Shown piece after piece: positions 51,269 to 60,434 of a DNA stretch of 64,000 nt. A program made the translations under genes and the position numbers. Source of the DNA: Minisyncoccota bacterium (GTDB lineage: Bacteria; Patescibacteriota; Minisyncoccia; Phycocordibacterales; UBA9973). The DNA is taken from the NCBI GenBank assembly GCA_035353995.1, contig DAOQAL010000002.1, forward strand, positions 28,729 to 92,728, read 5' to 3'. Each line of letters starts with the position of its first letter. Position 1 is the stretch's first letter. The notes beneath the pieces were generated by a model, which did not search any database, had not been told where the DNA came from, and was given only the letters and a program-made list of their open reading frames with translations.

Positions 51269-52912
51269 ATGAACTCGAATGAAATCAGACAAAAGTTTTT
51301 AAGTTTTTTTGAGAACAAAGGACATAAAATAATTTCTTCATCTTCTCTTATACCTGAAAATGATCCATCAGTGCTTTTTACTACTGCTGGTATGCAACAA
51401 TTTAAAAAATATTACATAGATCCAGAATTGGCAGAAAAAGAACTTGGAAGTAAAAATGTTGTAACTGTGCAAAAATGTGTCAGGACTGGTGACATAGATG
51501 AAGTTGGTGATAATTCGCATTTAACATTTTTTGAAATGCTAGGTAATTTTTCTTTTGGTGGTTATGGAAGAAAGGAAGCTATAGAATATGCTTACGAATT
51601 TATTACAAAAGAAATGAATTTAGATATTTCTTATGTAACTTGCTATAAAGGAGAAGGAATTGTTCCAAAAGATTCTGAGTCTGAAAAAGTTTGGCAAGAG
51701 CTCGGATTGAAAGATATTAGGGAAGAGGGATCTGATGTTTTTTGGGGACCAACTGGAGATTCTGGTCCTTGTGGCCCTACTACGGAAATTTATTGTAAGA
51801 ATGCGTCTGGAGAAGATGTAGAAATTTGGAATATAGTTTTTAATGAATATTTTTGTAATGGTTCACGGGAGAAATTAGATAAAGGTGAAGCCGAATTAAA
51901 AAAATTACCAGTTTTAGGAATTGATACTGGAATGGGTTTTGAAAGACTTGTTTCTATAGTTCAGAATAAAAAAAGCGTTTACTATACTGATTTATTTGAA
52001 GGTGAAAATACAAGAGAAGAAAGAGTTGTTTCTGATCATATTAAAGCATCTATGTTTTTAATTTCTGATGGTGTTGTTGCTTCTAATACTGGAGCAGGGT
52101 ATGTTCTTCGCAGATTGATTAGAAGAGCTGTAAGATTTACAAAAGAACCACTAAAAAATAGAATAGAAAAAGTAAAAAATTTATACAAAGGAATTTATGA
52201 TTTAGATGAAAAAGGAGAAATAGAAAAAGAAGCAGAAAAATTTAAATTAACGCTAGAACATGGTTTGAAAGAATTTGAAAAAGGTATTGATCCTTTTATT
52301 CTAGCTACCACTTATGGTTTTCCTATTGAACTTACAGAGGAATTGGCAAAAGAAAAGGGAATAAAAATAAATTTGGAAGATTTTAATAAAAAAATGGCAG
52401 AGCATCAAAAGCTTTCTCAAACAGCTTCAGCTGGAATGTTTAAAGGAGGACTAGCTAGTCATTCTGAAAAAGCTACTAAATTACACACAGCACATCACTT
52501 GCTTTTGTCTGCTTTACAAAAAGTTGTTAATCCAGAAATACATCAAAGGGGAAGTAATATTACAGATGAAAGATTGAGAATAGATTTTATTTGTGATCAT
52601 AAATTAACGGAAGAAGAAAAGAAAAATGTTGAAGATCTAGTAAATGAAAAGATTAAGAGTGATTTAAATGTAATCAAAAAAGAAATGCCACTTTCTGAAG
52701 CCCAAAAGACAGGAGCAGAAATGGAATTTGGTGCAAAGTATCCAGAAATAGTTACAGTTTATTTTATTGAAGATAAAAATGGTAATGTTTTTTCGAAAGA
52801 ATTTTGTGGAGGACCACACGTTTTGCATACTGGTGAATTAGGAATATTCAAAATAATAAAAGAAGAAGCCGTATCTGCTGGTATTAGGAGAATAAAAGCT
52901 ACACTTATATAA
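51269..52912 (+). CDS. alaS: Alanine--tRNA ligase, minimal form (catalytic core plus editing domain, no C-Ala domain)
   Basis: Class II AlaRS N-terminus (FLSFFENKGHKII.SSSLIP.NDPSVLFTTAGMQQFK), GMGFERL, editing-site HTAHHLL and CGGPHV motifs. Only 547 aa. Confidence 0.8.
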   Translation: MNSNEIRQKFLSFFENKGHKIISSSSLIPENDPSVLFTTAGMQQFKKYYIDPELAEKELGSKNVVTVQKCVRTGDIDEVGDNSHLTFFEMLGNFSFGGYGRKEAIEYAYEFITKEMNLDISYVTCYKGEGIVPKDSESEKVWQELGLKDIREEGSDVFWGPTGDSGPCGPTTEIYCKNASGEDVEIWNIVFNEYFCNGSREKLDKGEAELKKLPVLGIDTGMGFERLVSIVQNKKSVYYTDLFEGENTREERVVSDHIKASMFLISDGVVASNTGAGYVLRRLIRRAVRFTKEPLKNRIEKVKNLYKGIYDLDEKGEIEKEAEKFKLTLEHGLKEFEKGIDPFILATTYGFPIELTEELAKEKGIKINLEDFNKKMAEHQKLSQTASAGMFKGGLASHSEKATKLHTAHHLLLSALQKVVNPEIHQRGSNITDERLRIDFICDHKLTEEEKKNVEDLVNEKIKSDLNVIKKEMPLSEAQKTGAEMEFGAKYPEIVTVYFIEDKNGNVFSKEFCGGPHVLHTGELGIFKIIKEEAVSAGIRRIKATLI

Positions 52913-52938
52913 TTTTTTTATGATATAATAAAACGAGT

Positions 52939-54117
52939 ATGGGAATTTTTTCAAGCTCGAAAAACAAAGATGAACTAGCATTAGTCTTTGATATCGGCTC
53001 TTCTTCAATTGGTGGGGCTCTTTTTTTGATTCAAAAAAATGGAGTCCCAAAAATAATCTATTCAATTCGAGAGCCTATAACACTTGAAAAGACAATAAGT
53101 TTTGATAGATTTTTATCTTTAACTTTAAAATCCCTTGAAGCTGTAGCAACTAAAATTGGAAAAACAGGGTTAGGAGCACCGAAAGAAACTTTCTGTGTTC
53201 TTTCTTCGCCTTGGTATGCATCGCAAACAAGAAGTATATTGCTTAAAAAAGATACACCATTTATTTTTAATTCAAAACTTGCTGATAGTCTAATTCAAAA
53301 AGAAATACTTTCTTTCGAGGCAGATTGCAAAGAAAAATATACAAGCAATGGAGAAAAAGTTGTTCCTATTGAATTAAAAAATATGCAGATATTGTTAAAT
53401 GGATATCCTACACAAAAGCCACTTGATCAAAAAGCTTCAGAACTTGAAATGACAGTTTTTGTTTCTATGGGTACTGAATCAGTTTTAGAAAAAATAAAAG
53501 AAGTTATAGGAAAACATTTTTATCATAAAAATATAAAATTCTCTTCATTTATTATGTCCTCTTTTGCAGTTGCAAGAGATATTTTTGTTCACCAAGATAA
53601 TTTTCTTTTAATTGATATCGGTGGAGAAGTTACAGATATTTCTATGATTAAAAAAGACATACTGCGTTCATCTGTTTCTTTTCCATTTGGTAAAAACTTT
53701 TTAATTCGTGGAGTTGCATCTATTTTGGATTGTTCTCTTGATGAAGCTATTTCATATATATCTCTATACAAAGATGGTCATATTGCAGATTCTTCTCTCA
53801 AAAAAATAGAACCAATAATAAATAAATTAAAAAATGAATGGCTTACAAAATTTCAAGAATCTTTAGTTAAACTATCAAATGATATTTCTATTCCATCTAC
53901 AATTTTCTTAACCGTAACTCCTGAATTGGCAAATTTCTTCACAGAAACAATAAAATCTGAGCAGTTCAACCAATACACATTAACAGAATCAAAATTTAAA
54001 GTTGTTTTTCTTGGCTCGCAGGCACTTCATGGTGTAGCTTTAATAAAAGATGATATTGTACATGATTCATTTTTAATAATAGAATCAATTTATATTAGTC
54101 GTTTTCTTCACAAATAA
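52939..54117 (+). CDS. Actin-fold ATPase of the FtsA/PilM (ASKHA) type
   Basis: Phosphate-1 LALVFDIGSSSIGGALF and phosphate-2/adenosine LLIDIGGEVTDISMIKKD motifs. Confidence 0.45.
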   Translation: MGIFSSSKNKDELALVFDIGSSSIGGALFLIQKNGVPKIIYSIREPITLEKTISFDRFLSLTLKSLEAVATKIGKTGLGAPKETFCVLSSPWYASQTRSILLKKDTPFIFNSKLADSLIQKEILSFEADCKEKYTSNGEKVVPIELKNMQILLNGYPTQKPLDQKASELEMTVFVSMGTESVLEKIKEVIGKHFYHKNIKFSSFIMSSFAVARDIFVHQDNFLLIDIGGEVTDISMIKKDILRSSVSFPFGKNFLIRGVASILDCSLDEAISYISLYKDGHIADSSLKKIEPIINKLKNEWLTKFQESLVKLSNDISIPSTIFLTVTPELANFFTETIKSEQFNQYTLTESKFKVVFLGSQALHGVALIKDDIVHDSFLIIESIYISRFLHK

Positions 54118-54121
54118 AATT

Positions 54122-55462
54122 ATGGCAAAAATATTACAAGACATGGTAAAAGTAAAAAGAGCAGGTGGTTTCAAAGAGAAAAATGTTGAGCCAAAAGTTC
54201 AAAAAGACATTTACCAAAATAAACAAAATGTAAAAAGCGAAAAAGAAAAAAAGGAATTTCGTGATTCTTATTTTAACAAAAAATTTACATCTGTTTATGA
54301 CAATTTTGATGATAAAAAAGACAAAGGTGGCCAAAAATATGGGCTTTGGTTTGTTGCATTAATTTCTATTGTTGTATTATTTTTTGCAGTATCATTTTTG
54401 TTTTCTAGTGCACAAATAACTATTAATCCGAAAACGAAAGATGTTTTTTTGAATAAAAATTTTTCAGCATCAAAATCATTGAAGGATGATTATCTATTAT
54501 ATAATTCTGTAATTATTCCTGGTGAAGAATCAAAAACAGTTAAAGCTGGTGAAGAAAAAGATTATGTTCAACCAGCAACTGGATCTGTTTTACTTTACAA
54601 TTCTTTTAGTACTTCTTCTCAAGATCTTTCAATTGATACAAGGTTAGAAGGTTCAAATGGAAAAATTTATAAAACAAAATCAAAAGTAACTATTCCTGGA
54701 ATGACAAAAAGTGGAACACCAGGGAAAATAAGTGTTGATATTTACGCATCAGAACCTGGCGAAGAATATAATAGTTCACCATTAGATTTTAAAATTTTAG
54801 GGTTTAAGGGTACGTCAAAATATTCAAAATTCTATGGTAGGTCTGTTGGAGAAATAGCTGGAGGTTTAAAAGGAAAGGCTAGACAATTAAGTGATGAAGA
54901 AAAAGAAAAAGCTATAAACAGCTTAAAAGATACTCTTTTAGAAAAACTTTTTAAAAAAGCAAAAGATCAAACGCCAGAGGATTTTGTTTTCTTTAAAAAT
55001 GCTAATTTTTTAAATATTGAGGAACAAAAAATAGGTGCAACATCAAAAGATGGTGATGTTACAATAACAATAAAAGGAACATTTTATGGACTTTTGTTTA
55101 ACAAAGAGGAAATATCAAAAAAAATAACAGATTCTGTATTGAATGATGAAGAAAAAGGAAATGATATATATATATCAAATATTTCTAATTTAGATTTTTC
55201 TGTTGAAAATAAAGATATACTGTTATTTACAGAAGCAACAGAAATGAATTTCAAACTAAAAGGTGATATGAAAATTGTTTGGAATGTTGATTCTTCACAA
55301 ATAATATTGGATGTATTGGGAAAAAGTAAAAAACAATTTAGCCAAATATTATCTGAATATACAAACATCGAATCAGCTGATTTGGTTGTAAAACCTATAT
55401 GGAAAAGATCTTTTCCAGAAAAAACAAAAGATATAAAAGTAAAAATCAATTATCCAGAATAA
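54122..55462 (+). CDS. Hypothetical single-pass membrane protein with Lys-rich cytoplasmic N-terminus
   Basis: TM GLWFVALISIVVLFFAVSFLF; 4-bp gap from the FtsA/PilM-like gene suggests an operon. Confidence 0.35.
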   Translation: MAKILQDMVKVKRAGGFKEKNVEPKVQKDIYQNKQNVKSEKEKKEFRDSYFNKKFTSVYDNFDDKKDKGGQKYGLWFVALISIVVLFFAVSFLFSSAQITINPKTKDVFLNKNFSASKSLKDDYLLYNSVIIPGEESKTVKAGEEKDYVQPATGSVLLYNSFSTSSQDLSIDTRLEGSNGKIYKTKSKVTIPGMTKSGTPGKISVDIYASEPGEEYNSSPLDFKILGFKGTSKYSKFYGRSVGEIAGGLKGKARQLSDEEKEKAINSLKDTLLEKLFKKAKDQTPEDFVFFKNANFLNIEEQKIGATSKDGDVTITIKGTFYGLLFNKEEISKKITDSVLNDEEKGNDIYISNISNLDFSVENKDILLFTEATEMNFKLKGDMKIVWNVDSSQIILDVLGKSKKQFSQILSEYTNIESADLVVKPIWKRSFPEKTKDIKVKINYPE

Positions 55463-55503
55463 TTAATATATAAATTATAATAGTGTTATTAACAATAAGT
55501 ATA

Positions 55504-55532
55504 TTGACCTTTTTCAAATACTTTGTTAGTAT
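55504..55532 (+). promoter_or_regulatory. Promoter TTGACC-N17-TAGTAT for the infA-ribosomal-rpoA cluster, giving a very short (<8 nt) 5' UTR
   Basis: TTGACC at 55504-55509, TAGTAT at 55527-55532, infA ATG at 55544. Confidence 0.45.
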
Positions 55533-55543
55533 TAGCATACTAA

Positions 55544-55783
55544 ATGAGTGAAATAAAAAACGATAAAATATTAACCGCTAGAGGCATAATTACAGAAGCA
55601 TTGCCTAGTACTTTATTTAGAGTGAAACTTGAAAAAGAATCCGCTGACGTAGAAGAGAAAGAAATTTTGGCGTATCTATCTGGAAAAATGAGGATACACA
55701 GAATAAAAGTTTTAATAGGAGATTATGTCGAAGTTGTAATTGATCAATACGGCGGAAAGGGTAGAATTGTAAAAAGGTTGTAA
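55544..55783 (+). CDS. infA: Translation initiation factor IF-1 (with a short acidic insertion)
   Basis: GIITEALPSTLFRVKLE...LAYLSGKMRIHRIKVLIGDYVEVVIDQYGGKGRIVKRL matches the IF-1 S1-like fold. KESADVEEKE is an insertion. Confidence 0.85.
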   Translation: MSEIKNDKILTARGIITEALPSTLFRVKLEKESADVEEKEILAYLSGKMRIHRIKVLIGDYVEVVIDQYGGKGRIVKRL

Positions 55784-55885
55784 TTTTTTTAAAAATAGTG
55801 TATTATAGTAACCACAATTGATGGAATAGAGAAACACTGAAAAAATAAGGGTTATTCCCTTGTTTTTGAATTGTTATATAAAAAA

Positions 55886-55996
55886 ATGAAAATTAGATCA
55901 ACAGTTAAAAAGATTTGTGATAATTGTAAAATGGTAAAGCGTAAGAGACATTTGCGAGTTATTTGTACTAACCCAAAACATAAACAAAAACAATAA
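55886..55996 (+). CDS. rpmJ: 50S ribosomal protein L36
   Basis: Hand translation [36 protein letters not shown] with a Cys/His zinc ribbon. Not in the ORF track because it is under 60 aa. Confidence 0.8.
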   Translation: MKIRSTVKKICDNCKMVKRKRHLRVICTNPKHKQKQ

Positions 55997-55998
55997 TT

Positions 55999-56379
55999 AT
56001 GAGAATACTTGGAATCACTGTGCCAAATGAAAAGAGATTAGAAATCGGACTTACTTGTGTCTATGGTGTTGGCATTTCATCTGCCAGAAAAATTTTGGAT
56101 CAAGTAGGAATTGATCGTGGCAAAAAAGCAAAAGATTTAACTTCTGATGAAGAAAACAAAATTAGAGCAATTATAGAAAGTATGAAGATAGAAGGTAACT
56201 TGAAAAGAGAAGTTGCTGCAAATATAAAAAGATTAAAAGATATAAAAACTTATCGAGGTATTCGTCATATGAAGAGATTGCCAGTTAGAGGTCAAAGAAC
56301 AAAAACAAATTCTAGGACTATAAGAGGCAATGTAAGAAAAACAATGGCTTCAGGTAAGAGAAAAGAAAGTAAGACATAG
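55999..56379 (+). CDS. rpsM: 30S ribosomal protein S13
   Basis: MRILGITVPNEKRLEIGLTCVYGVG... Confidence 0.9.
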   Translation: MRILGITVPNEKRLEIGLTCVYGVGISSARKILDQVGIDRGKKAKDLTSDEENKIRAIIESMKIEGNLKREVAANIKRLKDIKTYRGIRHMKRLPVRGQRTKTNSRTIRGNVRKTMASGKRKESKT

Positions 56380-56416
56380 TTTTGATTTGCTTAACTATAA
56401 ATAAAATTAATTTAAA

Positions 56417-56863
56417 ATGGGAAAAACAAAAATCACAACAGAATCATCAGAAGAAGTTATAAAAGATTCAAGCGCAGAGAATCAAAAAACTACTTCAACA
56501 AAAACTCCAAAGAAGAAAATTACTTCAGGTATCCTTTTTGTTGAAGCAACATTTAATAATACAAAAGTTCTTTTTGGAGACAAGGTAGGTAATACATTGT
56601 TTTGGTCAAGTGCTGGATCTTTAGGTTTTAGAGGTGCAAAAAAGGGAACTCCATTTGCAGCTTCAAAAGTTGGAGATCTTATTGGTATGAAAGCATTGGC
56701 TCTCGGAGTTAAAGATTCTGATGTCGTTGTAAAAGGCGTTGGATCAGGACGAGAACCAGCTATTAGAGCATTTATGGCTCATGGAATTGAAATTACATCT
56801 ATAAAAGACGCAACTCCAGTTCCTCACAATGGTCCGAAACCTAAAAAACCAAGAAGAGTATAA
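56417..56863 (+). CDS. rpsK: 30S ribosomal protein S11 (with N-terminal extension)
   Basis: GILFVEATFNNTKVLFGDKVGNTLFWSSAGSLGFRGAKKGTPFAA... Confidence 0.9.
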   Translation: MGKTKITTESSEEVIKDSSAENQKTTSTKTPKKKITSGILFVEATFNNTKVLFGDKVGNTLFWSSAGSLGFRGAKKGTPFAASKVGDLIGMKALALGVKDSDVVVKGVGSGREPAIRAFMAHGIEITSIKDATPVPHNGPKPKKPRRV

Positions 56864-56885
56864 AAATTAAGAATTAAATTATTTT

Positions 56886-57491
56886 ATGATAACAAAACCA
56901 AAATTTAAAATTTGTAGAAGATTAGGACCAGGTGTTTATGACAAATGTCAAACAACCAAGTTTTCAACTACATCTGGTAAATTTGGCAATTCTAATTCAA
57001 AACGTCCAAAAGCACTTTCTGAATACGGAACTCAGCTTTTAGAAAAACAGAAAATTCGATTTTCTTATGGAATTTCAGAACGCCAACTTTCAAATTATGT
57101 TAAAAAGGCTTCCAATATTAAAGGAGCTGGAACTGCTATAAAATTTTATGAAGATCTTGAGTCTCGATTAGATAACGTAATTTATAGAATGGGTCTTGCT
57201 TCAAGTAGACGTGCTACACGTCAGATGGTTTCCCATGGACATTTTATTGTTAACAATAAAAAAGTTACGATTCCATCTTTTGAAACAAAACCAGGTGACA
57301 TAATCAAAATTCGTGAAGGTTCAAAAAATAAGAAAATTTTTGACAATATGGCTGAAAGATTAAAAGATTATTCAGCTCCATCATGGGTTTCTTTTGACCC
57401 TGTAAAAATGGAAGGAAAAATTTTGGCTAAGCCAAAAAATACTGAAACGTTTCTTGATTTAAACGCTGTGCTCGAATTTTACAGTCGTTAA
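56886..57491 (+). CDS. rpsD: 30S ribosomal protein S4
   Basis: KFKICRRLG...; S4 domain LESRLDNVIYRMGLASSRRATRQMVSHGHFIVNNKKV. Confidence 0.9.
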   Translation: MITKPKFKICRRLGPGVYDKCQTTKFSTTSGKFGNSNSKRPKALSEYGTQLLEKQKIRFSYGISERQLSNYVKKASNIKGAGTAIKFYEDLESRLDNVIYRMGLASSRRATRQMVSHGHFIVNNKKVTIPSFETKPGDIIKIREGSKNKKIFDNMAERLKDYSAPSWVSFDPVKMEGKILAKPKNTETFLDLNAVLEFYSR

Positions 57492-57545
57492 ATTAATTTG
57501 AATTTGTTTTTTATTTATTATTAAATTAAATTTTTATATAAAAAT

Positions 57546-58514
57546 ATGTCTGAATATAAAATAATTATGCCTTCTAAACCGAGAATCGTACTAGAAGAGG
57601 GAAATAAAGGAGTATTTGAAATAGACGGACTATATTCTGGGTATGGACACACTCTTGGAAATAGTTTAAGAAGAATAATACTTTCTTCATTGCCTGGGGC
57701 AAGCGTTACTTCTATAAAAATAGAGGGTGTTTCCCACGAGTTTTCAGCTATGGATGGAATAAAAGAGGATGTTATTATTATGATTCTAAATATTAAGAAA
57801 ATCCGTTTTAAGATGTTATCTGACGAACCTCAAACAGTAAATCTTTCAATAAAAGGACCAAAAGTAGTAACAGCAGAAGACATAAAGATAAGTGGGCAAG
57901 TCGAAATTTTAAATCCTGATTTGTATATTGCTGAAGTTACTGGTAAAGTAAACTTGAATATAGAAATGAAGATAGAAAAAGGACTTGGTTTTATTTCAAA
58001 AGAATCTTTACAAAAAGAAAAAGTAGAGATTGGAACAATAGCAGTAGATGCTATCTTTTCTCCTATTCGTCGTGTTTCTTATGAAGTTGAAAATATGCGT
58101 GTTGGCGATAGAACTAACCACAATCGTTTAAGAATGTATATTGAAACAGATGGTACATTAACTCCACGTGAAGCTCTATCTCGTTCTATTGAAATAATGA
58201 TAAATCAATTAAAAGCAATAGTTGATTTTAAAGAACCAGAGGAAATAGTAGAAGAGAAAAAAATAGAAGTTGAAGAGAAAGATAAAGAAGAAAAAAAAGA
58301 AGATGATTTTACAGATGTTCTAAAAACAAGGACAGATAATTTAGATCTTTCAACAAGAACATTAAATGCATTAACTGCAGCAAATATCAGAACACTTGGA
58401 GGCCTTGCAAGAAAAAGAAGAGAAGATTTACTTGAAGTAGAAGGTATAGGAGAAAAAGGAATTAATGAAATCAAAAAAGTACTTAGTAAGTATGGTTTTA
58501 ATTTGAAAGAATAA
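57546..58514 (+). CDS. rpoA: DNA-directed RNA polymerase subunit alpha
   Basis: N-terminal domain (GYGHTLGNSLRRIILSSLPGASVTSIKIEGV) and C-terminal domain helix-hairpin-helix (DLSTRTLNALTAANIRTLGGL). Confidence 0.9.
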   Translation: MSEYKIIMPSKPRIVLEEGNKGVFEIDGLYSGYGHTLGNSLRRIILSSLPGASVTSIKIEGVSHEFSAMDGIKEDVIIMILNIKKIRFKMLSDEPQTVNLSIKGPKVVTAEDIKISGQVEILNPDLYIAEVTGKVNLNIEMKIEKGLGFISKESLQKEKVEIGTIAVDAIFSPIRRVSYEVENMRVGDRTNHNRLRMYIETDGTLTPREALSRSIEIMINQLKAIVDFKEPEEIVEEKKIEVEEKDKEEKKEDDFTDVLKTRTDNLDLSTRTLNALTAANIRTLGGLARKRREDLLEVEGIGEKGINEIKKVLSKYGFNLKE

Positions 58515-58528
58515 ATAATAGTAAAAAT

Positions 58529-58882
58529 ATGAGACATCACAATAACAAAAGAAAATTTGGAAGAGAAAAAAATCAGAGAAATGCATTGATGATATCTTTG
58601 GCATTGAATTTGATAGTAAGAGAAAAAATAAAAACTACTGAAATAAAAGCAAGAGAGCTTCGACCATTTATAGAAAAATTAGTCACAAAAGCAAAGAAAG
58701 ATAATTTAACTAATCGTAAATTAGTATCTTCAAGAGTATTAAACAGAAAGAAAGAAGTAAAAAAACTTTTTGAAAAAATAGCTCCTAAATATGCTGATAA
58801 GAATGGAGGATATACAAGAATTTTAAAACTTGGCGCTAGAAAGTCCGATGGTGCAAAGATGGCTATTATAGAATTTGTATAA
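58529..58882 (+). CDS. rplQ: 50S ribosomal protein L17
   Basis: MRHHNNKRKFGREKNQRNALMISLALNLI...GGYTRILKLGARKSDGAKMAIIEFV. Confidence 0.85.
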   Translation: MRHHNNKRKFGREKNQRNALMISLALNLIVREKIKTTEIKARELRPFIEKLVTKAKKDNLTNRKLVSSRVLNRKKEVKKLFEKIAPKYADKNGGYTRILKLGARKSDGAKMAIIEFV

Positions 58883-58893
58883 TATTTAAAAAT

Positions 58894-59262
58894 ATGAAAA
58901 AAGAAAATACAAAAAAAGAAGAAAAAATAATAGATGCGAGTGGTAGAACCTTAGGAAGAGTTGCAAGTGAAGTTGCTATGTCTTTAATGGGTAAAACAAA
59001 AGCTAGTTTTGAACGCAACGTTTATTCTGGTGTTCCAGTAAAGGTTATAAATGCATCAAAAATAAAAATTACATCCAAAAAATTGGATAGTATAGTTCAT
59101 AAAAGATATTCAGGTATTCCAGGAGGCCTTCGTATCATAAAAGGTACTGAAACAGTTGAAAAGAAAGGATTTGGTGAATTAGTTAAATTAGTTGTTTTCC
59201 AAATGTTACCTGATAATAAAATTAGAAAACAAATGATGGAAAAATTAACAATAGAAAAATAA
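58894..59262 (+). CDS. rplM: 50S ribosomal protein L13
   Basis: IDASGRTLGRVASEVAMSLMGK...; sits directly upstream of rpsI as in the rplM-rpsI operon. Confidence 0.8.
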   Translation: MKKENTKKEEKIIDASGRTLGRVASEVAMSLMGKTKASFERNVYSGVPVKVINASKIKITSKKLDSIVHKRYSGIPGGLRIIKGTETVEKKGFGELVKLVVFQMLPDNKIRKQMMEKLTIEK

Positions 59263-59291
59263 TTTTTAGCGCTACGGCGTAGATTAAAAAA

Positions 59292-59702
59292 ATGGAGAAA
59301 AAAACAACAAAAGAAAAATATATTGAAGCAATAGGAAGAAGAAAAACTTCAACTGCAAGAGTACGAATTACACCAAGCACTAAAGCAAGTTTTATTGTTA
59401 ATGGTAAAGATTCAAAAGAATATTTTAAAACAGAAGAAGAAAAACGTTTAGTTCAAGATCCAATAGCAAAAGGAAAACCAGGTAGCAAATGGACAGTAGA
59501 AGCAAAAGTTTCTGGTGGTGGAATACATTCTCAAGCTGAAGCTGTAAGACATGGACTTGCTAGAGCATTAGTTTTATCAGATCAAGAACTTAGAGGAAAA
59601 TTAAAAACATTGGGATATTTGAAACGTGATCCTAGGGCTAAGGAAAGAAGAAAATTCGGTCTTAAGAAAGCAAGAAAAGCTCCACAGTGGTCTAAAAGAT
59701 AA
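59292..59702 (+). CDS. rpsI: 30S ribosomal protein S9
   Basis: ...GGGIHSQAEAVRHGLARAL...RDPRAKERRKFGLKKARKAPQWSKR. Confidence 0.9.
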   Translation: MEKKTTKEKYIEAIGRRKTSTARVRITPSTKASFIVNGKDSKEYFKTEEEKRLVQDPIAKGKPGSKWTVEAKVSGGGIHSQAEAVRHGLARALVLSDQELRGKLKTLGYLKRDPRAKERRKFGLKKARKAPQWSKR

Positions 59703-59706
59703 AACA

Positions 59707-59735
59707 AAATCCCCCATATTTATAGGGGGATTTTG
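59707..59735 (+). terminator. Intrinsic terminator after rpsI
   Basis: AAAATCCCCC-ATATTTAT-AGGGGGATTTT. Confidence 0.6.
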
Positions 59736-59801
59736 GTATCTATTAAAATATGTTAAAATAAAAGTATAAAGACATTTTAAAAGTTTTAAATTTTTAATTA
59801 A

Positions 59802-60434
59802 ATGGATGAAGAAGAATCAAAAAAAAATAAAAAAACAGATCCAATTTCAGTCGGAACTGATTCAGGAAAAGAAGAAAAAGACGAGTCAGAAGTTCTTGAA
59901 TTTGAATTTAATGAAGACGGGGAAGAAGATTTCAAAAAGACAATAAAGAAACTTCGAGCTGATTTAAAAAAGGCTAAAAAAGAAAAGGATGAGTATTTAA
60001 CAGGTTGGCAAAAAGAGCGAGCTGATTTTACTAATTACAAAAAACAAGAAGAAGACAGAAAAATAAATTTTTCAGAATCAATTCGTGAAAGAATCTTAAC
60101 AAGATTTTTGACAGTGACAGATAGTTTTAATATGGCTTTTAAAAACAAAGAAGTATGGGAAAAAGTAGATGAGAGTTGGAGAAAGGGAGTTGAATATATA
60201 TATTCTCAGATGAATACAATTTTTGAGGAATACGGAGTAAAACCAGTTGGTGAAGTAGGTGAAAGCTTTGACCATAATATTCATCATTCTATTGAAATGA
60301 TTCCGACTGATAAAAAAGAAGATGATCATAAAATTGCAGAAGTAATTCAAAAAGGTTACAAATTGGGCGATCGCGTTATTCGTGTCGCCAGGGTGAATGT
60401 TTTTGAATACAAAAATGACAAACCCGCAGAATAA
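59802..60434 (+). CDS. grpE: Nucleotide exchange factor GrpE
   Basis: Acidic N-terminus; RADFTNYKKQEEDRK; C-terminal FDHNIHHSIEMIPTD...VIQKGYKLGDRVIRVARVNV. Confidence 0.85.
   Translation: MDEEESKKNKKTDPISVGTDSGKEEKDESEVLEFEFNEDGEEDFKKTIKKLRADLKKAKKEKDEYLTGWQKERADFTNYKKQEEDRKINFSESIRERILTRFLTVTDSFNMAFKNKEVWEKVDESWRKGVEYIYSQMNTIFEEYGVKPVGEVGESFDHNIHHSIEMIPTDKKEDDHKIAEVIQKGYKLGDRVIRVARVNVFEYKNDKPAE

Noticed and set aside
60397-60434. 38-nt overlap between grpE and the Cys-rich ORF as evidence of a frameshift or pseudogene
   Set aside because: An in-frame internal Met at about 60415 gives a non-overlapping start. The overlap is an ORF-finder start-choice artefact, not evidence of gene decay.
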